A DNA stretch of 64,000 nucleotides from a virus. Shown piece by piece: positions 35,562 to 47,800 of the stretch. Every line of letters begins with the position of its first letter. Positions within the stretch are counted from its first letter, which is position 1. Made by a program: the position numbers and the translations under genes. The stretch lies in the IMG/VR virus record IMGVR_UViG_3300026076_000001, one strand, 5' to 3'. Below the pieces are notes generated by a model. It was not told where the DNA came from, made no database searches, and was given only the letters and a program-made list of their open reading frames with translations.

Positions 35562-36817
35562 TATGAGAACTCCTGACCACCAATGAAACCAAACCAAGAA
35601 CTACCACCTGATACAGTAGATAGAGATATAATATCACTATTGTTCTGTGTGGATGTCATAGTAGGTGATGTACCACCTGACCACTTGGTATTTGCTGGCC
35701 AGTTAATAGTATAGTTTGCTCCGTCTGGATTAGTAAAGACAAATGTAAGGGTAACTGAACGTGCACCTGAAGGAAGTGTCACATTAAATGCAGTTATATT
35801 CTTATCTAAGTTTATAGTAAAGACTGACGCTGTTGTTGCATCAATGTCTAGAGCATTAGCATTACTGATAGCAGGAGTATTAACTGCCTCATCAAAACAT
35901 CCATTAATCCTTAGAGGATTATTTAATGTAAGTAATGATGGTGTGATATGTACCTCGCTGTTACCAGCTAGAGAAATATCTAAAGTAGATGTACTAGTAC
36001 TAGTATTTGATACACTTACTGCACCACCATCATTCTCGATAGTAAATGGTTCAGTACGTAACGAATTCTTATGTAAATGTATACCAGACTTCTGTGCTTG
36101 TGCAGTATTAGGATGTACTTCTATGTACGTAGCCTTAGCAGTAGTATGATCTGCTTTAAATCTAGCAACTACTATATCAGCATCACTAGATACTGATTTA
36201 ACATCAAGGGATGTCGCAGGTACTGCTGTATTAATACCAACACGGTCTGTAGTGTCATCAAATATCAATCCACCTGTCTTAATATTAAGACCAGTGGATG
36301 CTGTAAGATTAGTGACTGATATATCTGCTGGTAGATATGAGTTACCAACAGTACCAGATGTTATCTGTGCTCCAGATATATTATATGTTAATTGATTAGC
36401 ACCTTCATAGTATGCTGTGGCACGTACAGTACCAGTTACATCAACATCGTATGTTGTACTACTACCTGATACAGTAATAGAAGGAACTGTAAGTAAATCT
36501 GTTGATGGATCGTAAGTAAATGCTGCTTCACCACCCAGTGCTAGTCCATCTTTATACTGTACTTGATTAGTAGCATCACCACCTGGTTGTAGTCCACCAG
36601 CTAGTCCACCAGAAGCAAACAAGCTCCAGTATGATGTGTTAACAGTACCTGTAGTAGATGGTACTTGATTAGTACTATCTTGCACACAAATATATGCACT
36701 AATAGTTGATCCATCGTCATACCTGACAAGATCATCCATTACGTAGTCAGTTGTATTTGACCACAGATCTTTCCAAGTAAGTTTGATCTTACCTACGTCG
36801 ATAAAAAATTCTGCCAT
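35561..36817 (-). CDS. Tail-fibre/adapter-like protein, paralog B (418 aa)
   Basis: IDVGKIKLTWKD...SAYIC N-terminus; TKWSGGTSPT...SDII...GGSSWFGFIGGQEF C-terminus. Confidence 0.65.
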   Translation of the reverse strand: MAEFFIDVGKIKLTWKDLWSNTTDYVMDDLVRYDDGSTISAYICVQDSTNQVPSTTGTVNTSYWSLFASGGLAGGLQPGGDATNQVQYKDGLALGGEAAFTYDPSTDLLTVPSITVSGSSTTYDVDVTGTVRATAYYEGANQLTYNISGAQITSGTVGNSYLPADISVTNLTASTGLNIKTGGLIFDDTTDRVGINTAVPATSLDVKSVSSDADIVVARFKADHTTAKATYIEVHPNTAQAQKSGIHLHKNSLRTEPFTIENDGGAVSVSNTSTSTSTLDISLAGNSEVHITPSLLTLNNPLRINGCFDEAVNTPAISNANALDIDATTASVFTINLDKNITAFNVTLPSGARSVTLTFVFTNPDGANYTINWPANTKWSGGTSPTMTSTQNNSDIISLSTVSGGSSWFGFIGGQEFS

Positions 36818-38781
36818 TACCTTACAGTGACGATGAGATGCCCACTACTATCTATATCGAATCCCAGACCAGCTGGTGCGAAGAATTGGTGAGTATTGAG
36901 TGGGTTTGAATACTCAGCATATGAGACATTTGTAGATCTACCTGCCTTAAGAACAGTTAGATTAGTTTGAGTTGATGTTGGTTTCTGAATGATATAATAA
37001 TCACCAGCATCACCAGACTCTTTCCAATTGACACCATTATATGTCTTAAGTGTATCTTCAGCAGTATTGTAGAAGATCTGTCCATTAATAGGAGTAGAAG
37101 GATCTACTGCACCAGATATGTCTATCTTATCTGATGTCACTGCATTATCAGCTAACTTAGCAGTAGTCACATTCAAGTTACGAATAGTATTAGTTACTAC
37201 TGCTTCAACACCTGTACCACTATTTAACTTAACATCCGTTACAGAGTCATCAGCTAGTGATGCAGACGCATCTACACCACCTATAGCTATTTTCTGTGAT
37301 GTTAATGTATTGTCTGCTAATTTGGCATTCGTGACTGATAGGTTAATAATCTTATTAGTTGAGACTGACAAGTCATCAAGCGTATCCGTCTGGACTCTTG
37401 TGAAGTCCTGTAGAGTACCAGTTGCAGTTGCAGGAGACTGAAATAAGAAACCTGCTGAGTATACTGACCAAATGGTACCGTTCCAATATCTGACTCTAAC
37501 ATAATAGTTGGTAGATGGACGGATGGAATCAGTTGGAATTGGGAATGTAGTTTTATTTGTAGTATCTGATAAAGCAGTAATAACTACGTTAGTAAAACCA
37601 GCATCAGTAGCTACTTCCCAGTCACTATAATTATGTGTCTGACCAGCAGTAGGAGTTGCAACAAATGTAGATGAAACTACATCCATTCTATCATAAATGT
37701 TAGACTCTATGATACTTGTAATTTCAGGACACTGAATCTCACCAGGAACTGCAATAGTTGTGAAGTAGATAGGTTCAGACCACTCTGAATTCCACTGAAC
37801 ACTTTGTAGATCAACGTACTGATATCTTACACGTACATAATACGTCTTAGCTTCTTCTAAGATACCAGGGTTAATTGTAATAGTTGTTTTGTTGTTAATA
37901 TCATTTAATGCTTCATACACCAGACCACTAGTGTTGCTAATCTGTGATGATGTAGTACCAGTAGCACCAGGTGCAGTAGATGAACTACTTCCAAATGTAG
38001 ATGAGTATGCAATCTGCCAAGTAGATGATACGTGAGTAGCATTATTACTACCACTAAATCCAGAACCAGATATGGTTGGAGTTAATGAGTTACCTGAAGA
38101 TGCATCAACTGGATTGGTGATAGATGGTCTATCAATCTGTGGATTAACATTAGTTTGTGTATCAGTATAGAATGATGCTGGATTAGACCACTCAGAATAC
38201 TGACCAATATTATCTTTATACCTTACTCTTACATAATATAATGTACTATACGCTAAGCTACCAGGCTCAGAGTATTGTGTCAAAGAAGTTGGAGAATCTA
38301 ACAGTTGTTGTACTATTGTACCGAAATAGTAATCAGTAGATACTTGCCAATCACTTCTGCTATGTGTATTGACACCAGTATAAGCAGATGATGAAATAAT
38401 AGGTTGTAATGGTGTTGGTGAAGTAACTGTTATAGTAGGAGTATCAATCTGTAATCCAGTATTGAATTCTGCTACCTGAGACCAGTTAGATATATTACCA
38501 AGAGTATCACGATGACGTGTACGCATATAATACGTAGTATTAGATGCAAGCGTTGATGCTGCTATAGCGAGTGATGTTAGATTAACTGTATCATTCTGGT
38601 TATACACGAAAGAAGCAGACTCAAAACCATTAGAGGTATTGATCTGCCAATCACTTGATTGATGGGTACCAGGAGCAACTCCACCAGTTGTCACTGCATA
38701 AAATGCAGTCGAAACCACGGTCGGTGTCAACGAACTTGGTGAAGGAATATTTGCGACAGCTGGTGGGAATACTAGTGCCAT
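36817..38781 (-). CDS. Virion protein with four FN3/Ig-like repeats
   Basis: Four HxxSxWQ/E...YYVRVRY...SxWS repeats, VTTAKLADNAVT fibre repeats, and NGQIFYNT...YNGVNW. Confidence 0.7.
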   Translation of the reverse strand: MALVFPPAVANIPSPSSLTPTVVSTAFYAVTTGGVAPGTHQSSDWQINTSNGFESASFVYNQNDTVNLTSLAIAASTLASNTTYYMRTRHRDTLGNISNWSQVAEFNTGLQIDTPTITVTSPTPLQPIISSSAYTGVNTHSRSDWQVSTDYYFGTIVQQLLDSPTSLTQYSEPGSLAYSTLYYVRVRYKDNIGQYSEWSNPASFYTDTQTNVNPQIDRPSITNPVDASSGNSLTPTISGSGFSGSNNATHVSSTWQIAYSSTFGSSSSTAPGATGTTSSQISNTSGLVYEALNDINNKTTITINPGILEEAKTYYVRVRYQYVDLQSVQWNSEWSEPIYFTTIAVPGEIQCPEITSIIESNIYDRMDVVSSTFVATPTAGQTHNYSDWEVATDAGFTNVVITALSDTTNKTTFPIPTDSIRPSTNYYVRVRYWNGTIWSVYSAGFLFQSPATATGTLQDFTRVQTDTLDDLSVSTNKIINLSVTNAKLADNTLTSQKIAIGGVDASASLADDSVTDVKLNSGTGVEAVVTNTIRNLNVTTAKLADNAVTSDKIDISGAVDPSTPINGQIFYNTAEDTLKTYNGVNWKESGDAGDYYIIQKPTSTQTNLTVLKAGRSTNVSYAEYSNPLNTHQFFAPAGLGFDIDSSGHLIVTVR

Positions 38782-38805
38782 TTGTATGCGGGTCTATAGT
38801 TTAAT

Positions 38806-41800
38806 TTATGCACAAGTTGGGTTACAATCACCTAAGTATGAATAAAGAATTGGCCAAGGTGCAGGAACCTGGAAGTCCAGTGTTCGTGGTGTAATACCGT
38901 CAGTTACCTTGACTTGTGCTATGCCATCCATACCTATGATAGGTTGTTCAGGATGATTACGATCTCTCAATGGTTTGATAAAGTTACAGAAGTAATCATT
39001 AGATGGTGTAACGCAAGCACCGTTCTGAGTATATGCGAAGTCATATGTGTGATCCTGACAAGGATCAGCAACTGCTGTAAGGTTAATCAAGTCAGTCAAT
39101 GTAAATGGTGACTCAACTAATTCTACCCATAATGTGTACATCTTTTGAGTACCACGTGCAGGGAAGATAGCAGGTTGAATATCATTCTTAATTGAGAAGT
39201 CAACTGGCATATTGATATTGGTGTCACCACGGAAGGGACACTCACGTAAGAGTCCAGTTGCTGTTGCTAGCTGTCCAGTATATGTGCTAAAGTCACCAGT
39301 GTTAACCACTGTAGGACCATTAGCGTGAGTAGGATTATTAAGAGTAAAGATAGTTCTTGTACCACCATCAGTAGTTTCCATATATGGGAACTCATTGATA
39401 ATACGTAACCTCCAAGTAAATGTACCAGCATCAATTGTGTATGATACCTGTACATCCTGTGTCTGGTTATTGGTGACAGTAAAGTTCTGTGCACCCTTAT
39501 AGTAGTCCTGAACCTTCAATGTATTGATATCAATGTATGGTAGAGCACTTAATGGTGCACCAGCAACATCAATAACAAATGAACGTGTAAGGATATTACC
39601 GAAGTAATCACCACAGGTTAATGTGGTATCTACAAATCCAGCATCGTGCTGTAAGTATCCATTAGATACAGTACCAGTCCATCCATTAGAATACTCGTAC
39701 CACCACATACCTAGTTCAGGTGGGTTAGCGATAACACTTATCTCATTAGATAGTGATGAGTATGATCCATTGTAGAGATACAACTGGAATGAATATGGTT
39801 CATTAACACCAGCTGGAATACCATTACAAGGAATGTCAGTGGAACGCATAACGTTACCAGATCCATCCTTAGGTGGTACTAAAGCTGATGGGTTTTGAAT
39901 AGGTACTTCAATAGCATATCCACCGTACATAGTACGAAGTGGGAACTCTTCAGTAGTACTTACATAGTTACCTACATATACACCATTTCCTCCCTCAACT
40001 GGTGAGTAGTCAACAGTGACATCCTCACGAGCATCCACTCTAGATCTATAGTAATTAGATGCTAGTGGAATATAATCAGGATATGTTTCATAACCTGACT
40101 TCCAAGCGAATGACTTAGTACCTGAAGCAGTATCATAAGCAAATGACTTACTGAACCAGATATACTCAATGTTCTGGTCAGTACATACCAACTGTACTGG
40201 GAAACGACCTTGCTTAGGAGACTTACCAGCAGTCAGATAAGGAGTGGTATTTGGATAATGTGTTTCACCACCATACTCAGTATTTGCTGAGAACAAGTTA
40301 GCAGTAATTGTATTAGCACCACTGTACATAGTCAATGCTGGCTGTGCAGGTAGTGTAGGTAAATTAGATACTGTTAACTGTGCAGTGGAACTAACAATAG
40401 CAGTGTAAGTAGTAGTAAAGTCTAAGTGCTGTGATGCAAATGTAGTACCACCAGACTGACCGAACCAAATACTTGCTATACTATATGACTCAGGTATATA
40501 AACTTCATACCAAGCACCTGCCTGACCTGGAGTTCCATAGCTACGTACATTCTGAGTAGATGCACTAGCAGTAGCACCGAGTCTGAACTCTAATGTCTTA
40601 CCAGCCCAAGAAGCATCACTAACATCGAAACGATAGAATGCTCCCTTAGGTACTTCGTATACAGTAGAACCACCAGCATTTATTTGTACCTGATAGTCAT
40701 TACCAACTGCTACAAGGTCAAATGTTAGTCTCCAACGCATCTTACAACGGAAGAATGCAGTAGCAAACTTCCACCATCTGTTCATAACTAGATGAGCAAA
40801 TCCCATCTCACGTCCTGTTACATCCTCATATCTCTCAACGTATGAGTAATGTGTATTCTTATTTTCTACGTTATTTTCAAACCAATCTTCTTCTTCGTAA
40901 CTAACACTAGTTGCAGCAGCTAACTCATTCAAGTTATACCAAGTACTACCACTACCCTTGTCACCATAGATCTGCCAGAATGGTACGTACTCAAACTTAT
41001 CGTTCTCGTATGCACTCTGTGTCATCATCATAGACAATGACTTATAGAACATAGGACGTGAGTACCAGTTGTTGTTACTCCAAGTAACATCATCATTAGG
41101 CTCACCGTGTACCTTGTATACAGTGTTGTAGTCTACATTTTTAGACAATACATCATAAACCATTTCAAGGTCAGATGATGTCGTCGTGATGTTAGTTAGT
41201 TGAATCGTATACTCCTGAGTTTGGCCAGAAATATTTTCTTCGACTGTTAATGTTAGGTCAAGCGTTTCTGTATTAGTTAAGACACCACTGAATACACCAG
41301 TCTCAGTGTCAAATGTTAATCCACTAGTTGTGAATGGTGCAGAAGAACTTATACTATAATCTCTATCAAGAATAGTTTCATTAGCAAATGTTCTTAAGAA
41401 AGATACACCCAACTGTATGTTAACTGTGTCACCAATATTAAATGTTCCTAGAGCACCAGCTGGAGTATACCAAGTGGTTAGTAGATTAATATACGGAGTA
41501 ATAACACCTCTAGTTGTAGATGTAGGTTGATCAGGTGCATTATGATCTGTACCAGTATCTACTGGGAGATTATTGATTAATGTACCCTCACCAGCTCCAG
41601 CTTGTTCTTGTTGCTCAGTCTGGAACCATATCTTATTAGAAACACGATTCTCTGCTTGCCAAGTTTCAATACCATCACCTGCTTGGTGTGTACCAGTAAT
41701 TTTAGCAACCTTGACTAAATTACCACCAGTTTCAGAACTAGTAGCAGTGAATGAAGCAGCATTTGCAGTGATCTGGAAACTATTATTAGCTGAGTCTACA

Positions 41801-44800
41801 TCACTGATTTGATGCCAAGAATGTTGAAGAACATCAAATTCTACACCACCAATATCATATACAAATGATGAACTATCATATGCTGTATCACCAGGGAATA
41901 TAGGATCTGACTTGTACTCATCACCCAAAATATATGGGAATGCAGGATCACCATTGCTATCTTCAGTAATGAAGTATGCATAGGTACCATTAGGATAGTC
42001 AGGAGTTACACAGTAGCGACCATTTCTCTTGTCTAGGTCACCAACAATGATCCTCTCACCCATATTAGCGTGGTTATAGCAGAAGTAGAAGAGTGCTTGT
42101 GGTACATCAGATGGAGGTGTGATCTCTACTGATCTTAGAGTTGCAGTATCAAAGCCAGAAACGTATGTAGCATAATCTACTACAACATTCTCTAACTTAT
42201 AGACTACACCACCAGTGTAAACTGCGTTTGCATCCTGTGCATTCTGTCCACTAACGTGCCAACCCTGTGAAGTACCATCACCATAGATGGAGAAGAGCAG
42301 AGCGTGAGTAGTTAGAGATGCATCAGATAGATTAAAGATATACTTTCTACCTTTTCTAAAGTTGAACGATGGTTTCTCTTGAGTACCATCTAGTCCACCA
42401 CCACTAATGTAGTAGCGATTACCACTACCACTAAGAACAGCAGTAGATACAGAGACTGTAAATGTTGTTTCTATGTTATCGGTTTCATTACCAGCATACT
42501 CAAAGTCCTCAATGAATGACTTATATGGGTATGATACAGTAGAAGGACGATTCTCATATCCATCAGGTATTCTACCTACCAATTTCTCCATATATCCTGG
42601 CTTGACACGGATAACAGTACTACTATCATCCATCTCAGATGAATAACCATAAGGTCCGTAGATAGGATAACCATCAAATGCTATACCTAAGATCTTAGAG
42701 TGTCCATTAGCGTGTCTCTTATAGTCACCCTGTACATTATCATTCATTGCAGCACCAGAGGAATTACCCATCTTTTGATGTGCGTCACAAACATAGTATA
42801 ATGTGGCAGGTGAATCAAGAGGAACTGTAATAGTAACAGATCTTGTGGTAGCTACATCAAATGATGCAACGTATGAAACAGCATCAACTGCAACACCATT
42901 AAGTCTGTATGTTACACCAGCAGTGTATCTAACACCACCTTGATGTATACCATCCTCAGTGCTAGAGAAGTATAATGGATGACCATCACAACTAGAATGA
43001 TCTAAGTTGAATACGTATGTGTTACCTCTAGTAAAGTTCAATGCAGGTGCTTCTTCATTAACACCAGTTAGTGAACTCTGTAAGAAATAACATTGAGTGC
43101 TACCCTGGTTAAAGTATGAGTTACCAGCAGTCTTAGTAGCAACAGTTGTAATGAAATTAATAGTCTGATATCCTAAGTCAAAGTATGTTAAACCAATATA
43201 ATTAGAACCAGCTTGTACAGCAGCAGTTTCATATGCTTCTAGTAACTTACTGGAATTATATCCATAGATGTTAGAAGAATTAGGATAACCACCGTATGAG
43301 TCAGCACCAGTCAAGTTCTCGTTAGTAACATCATTAAATGTCCAACCAGGAGTTGGTCCACTCTCATTACTATAGTGGTACATATACACACCAGTTGTAG
43401 TCATACCAAATGGTTTGACACTACGTAGTGGCTTAGCAGTAGGAGTTTCAGCACCATAATCAGTACCACCTCTCCAGTTAAAGTTTTGATCAAATGCTTG
43501 ATCTACAATACTATTTGGGTTACCAGCTGTGATTGCAATAGATGCTACAGCAGTTGCTTGTACACCACCACCAACGTTCGGTGCAGTAAGAGAAACAACA
43601 GGAGCAGTTGAGTATCCAGAACCACCATCTGTTACATTTAATCCTGAAACATAACCATCAAGAACCGATAGAGTTGCAGATGCTTCAGCACCAGCACCAC
43701 CTCCTCCAGTGAAGCTAACAGTACAAGTAGTGTATCCAATACCAGCTTCATCTACTGTTATGCTAGTAACAACACCAGTCTGTGTACCAATATCACATCC
43801 AGCTGCTGCTGGTTCCTCGAACACTGGGTTAGCAGATGCAGTTTCACTATAATCTAGTGCATCACCATAGTATCTGTCTCCTAAAATGTATGGGAATGCT
43901 GGTTCTCCAGAGGAATCAAATGTTAAGAAGTAAGCATAGGTACCACCTGGATAGTCTGGAGTAATACAGAATCTACCATTTCTACGATCTAGGTGTCCAT
44001 TGTCTGTGAATTCGTAATCATTTACGAATGATCCCATTGGATATGTGTTAGTATTAGGAGCATAACCAACAGGTTCTGTTAATGTAATAGTACCTGTCAT
44101 TGCTTGGTGTGCTTGACAGACGTAGTAGTAAGTACCAGCAGAAGCAGTTGCAGTATTCCACAATATAGTAGCATTATGCTGACCATTGTTAACAACACCA
44201 GCTACTACCTGTGCAGGGTTATAAGGTGCAGGTACATTCTGGATCCAGAAAGGATGAGTGATTGTACTTCCACCGCCACCACCAGCAGCTGAAACTGTTA
44301 TGGTTCCAACCATACTACCGTGGTATTCGCACTGGTAGTAGTAAGTACCAGTAGCACCTGAAGATGGAATAGTCCAAGAAACAGTACCAGCTTCAGTACC
44401 TTGGTTAGTAACATTAGCAATATCGTTACTAGTACCAGTACCAGCAACTGTCTTCAAGTGGAATGGGTGACCAGTAGCAGATACTGTAAAGTTAACTGTA
44501 TCTCCTTCATAAAATTCTAGTGCGGGATCTCCACCACTAATATTACCAGTTCTATCAGAACCAGATAGGGTGTAATCACTGTTACCAGAAGCAGTTACAA
44601 CAATATTATATGTCTGTGGAGTGGATCCACCACCTCCACCTGTGTTATAAGATGCATTAACATTAAATACTAGGTTGTCACCAACATTAGCACTAATAGA
44701 AATATCGGATCCAGAACTATATCCAGTGAAATCGTAATCTAAATTATCATCAGCAGCAACGTTCCAAGTATAAGTCAATGGACTATACTGTGTACCAGTA

Positions 44801-47800
44801 CGTTGAGCTCTCAATGACCAACCTGATCTCATCCTTGCTAAAGTTGATGTAGATCCAGGTTCATCGTATCCAATAGGTCCGTAGATAGGATAACCATCTA
44901 ATGCCCACCCAGCTATCTTCGAGTGATGAGTAGCATCAGCTATATCTTGAGTAGTACAAGATGGTAGTGCAGCAGTATTTGCTAGAGTTGACACAGATGC
45001 AGCAGCACCAAGACCAGAATATAATGAACAATAATAGAATAAGTTCGGTGAATCAGGTTGTACCTGTATGTAAATACCAGTACCAGACTGACTATCACCA
45101 GGAGTACCTTGATATCTAATACCAGTTAGATACTCAGAACCACCTTGAATATGGATACCATCCTGTGAATCAGATATCCTTAATGGGTTACCACTATTAC
45201 TACTATCACTTTGATCGAAGTAGTATGTGTTACCTTCTGTCAACTGAAGGTTAGGTGTCTGTACACCATCAATATAATATCTGTCTCCAGATGCAGTATT
45301 TACAATGGTAACTATCATTGTAGTAGTACTACCCTTCCATAGTTCTGTATAGAACTTACCACTAGTGTAGTAGTATGAACCATCAGATCCTACAGTACCA
45401 TCTCCAAGGTCAGCACCGAAAGCACTAGCATTAAATACTCTATCGAAAGCATAACCATCAGGGCAGTTCTTTCCATTAGGTAGATCAATAGCAGCTCCGT
45501 GATTCATACCACGTATCTGACAACCATTGATTGTAAGACCAGCAAAGAAGAAAGAAGCAGTGAAATCTTCAGTACTTGTATAAGAAACGTTTCTTCCACC
45601 ACGGTATGTAAATGTATGGTTCCAAGACTTTGGTAGAATACTATAAGCGTTATTTGTGTTAGGGAAAGTACCATACAACGCAGGTTGTGGTAGGTTATCA
45701 GCAACAGTTGTTAGTGCATTACTTACAATGTTTAATGATCCAGTTGTAACAGATCCACCACCAGATACGAATGAATTAGCAACATCATATGTCGTTCCTT
45801 GAACTGGAGCACTTGCACTAGCAATAGCAACAGCAGGTGCTACAGTATATCCAGAACCTGGGTTTGTGATAGTAACAGAACTAACACTACCATCAACAAC
45901 AATTGCGGTTGCTGCTGCTCCATTTCCACCACCACCTGTAAAGGTGACTATTGGTGCGTTCAATGGGTTATATCCATTACCACCGTTGGTTACGTTAACT
46001 GTTTCTACACCACCACCAGTTAATGTGATGTTTGCAGTTGCAGTTGCTCCAGCACCATCACCAGTAAGGACTACAGTAGGTGCCTCGGTGTATCCAGAAC
46101 CAGATTGATCAACGTTAATACCTGTAACAGCACCACCAGTTAGTGTGATCTGTGCAGTTGCTTGAGCACCAGCTCCACCACCACCTGAGAAACTAACAAC
46201 AGGAGCTACAGTATATCCTGAACCCTGTTGACTTAGTGTAAGTTGAGAAACGTATCCAGATGTACCAGATTTAGGGAAAACACCATAAAGACCTGGTGCA
46301 GGATGATTATCAGTAACTACGTTAAACAGTCCACCTTCCAAATGATATCCATCAGTAGGTGATCCAGCAGATGTTACCCATACATCCTCAATTATATCTT
46401 GTGCTGGTAAAGCAATAGGAGTACGTATCTGGACTTGTTCACCAACAGAAGGGTTAAATCCAGCAAATTCTGATCCTAAGTTAAATGTAATTACATTACT
46501 TGCTAGTCCAGTAGTAATAGTGGTATTCAGACCATCAAATGTAAGCTCGTCTATGCTATTGTTAGGATATGTTTGTACACTAGCACCACCATACTCATAA
46601 CTTACGGGTGATACATTAAGACTATTCCAAGTACGACTGTAATCCCAATCAAGTGGTCTACGTAACCATTCTTTTGATAACTGTGGGAGTGCTTTACCAC
46701 CTTCATAGGTAGCTCTGTTCTGATACCCCATCTTGGTAGCCCACTGTGCTATAACACCAGCAGTTAAAGGACCAGAGAATGATGTACCATCTATATTTGC
46801 ATAGTAAGAGGAACTAATAGCATTATATGGTGTAGCACTGTTCCAATAGTATTGTGGAACATAAATTGATTCACCAGGAGCACTGGTAGTAATGGTACCG
46901 TAATTAGAGAATGTTGAGAAAGCATTATTATGTGCTGTTGCACCAACACTAATCTTACCGTTGTTACTAGTGTCAGGGATCTCCATATTGTGTAGGTTAT
47001 CCTTAGGACCAGCAGTCCTAACACCTACTAAGTACTTACCTTGATATCCACCGTACGTACCAGCCCAAGTATTATCTGTAAATCCATTACCAGCAGAACG
47101 TACAAAAACTATACCGTACGCCAAGCAGAAGTTCTCATAGTCATCAAACAATGTGTCTCCGTTTGTACCACCCCAAGCATCAAATCCTGGTTCGTTCTTA
47201 GCAACATAAGGATAACCTCTACTAGGAGTAAGAGAACCTAATGAAGCATTAACGATTGCGGGTCGAGCAGATCCTTTATAGTTTGCGTGTGCTGGATCAT
47301 TATGGTTAATAATCGCAAACATACACATAATATATCTGGATGTGAACGTGGTATATTCAGATCCATAGGTATTAAATACCTTCATTGCGAAGATACGTGA
47401 CTTCTTAGATACACCAAAGGTTCTACCAGCAGCTAGAATAGCACACTGAGTACCGTGGCCATCATCATCTTCGTTACTATTTGGAAGACCATTTAATGTA
47501 ATACCAGAGTCATATCCTGGTACCTCATATACACGATAATTGTTTTGCTCATCAGCACCATTAAAGTCACTAATATAGTCTGGATGATATAATTCTGGGT
47601 GTAAATTAGCACCACTAGCATTAACAGGACGTGATGCACCACGAACACCTGAGTCAATAATATAGATATCTGAATTTTCTCCGTCTTCAGTTAGTGAGTA
47701 TAGACCATAACCCAATCCATCAGTAGACTGCGTTAGTCTCTGTAAATGCCACTTACTAAAGATAGTGAACTTGAATGATCTTGTTGTTGAAGGTACCCAC

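Noticed and set aside
33831-36817. Paralogous fibre genes as a possible diversity-generating retroelement template/variable pair, or an invertible switch
   Set aside because: The DNA copies are diverged at all bases rather than at adenines only; both are intact, same-strand genes; no reverse transcriptase, invertase or inverted repeats are seen in the window
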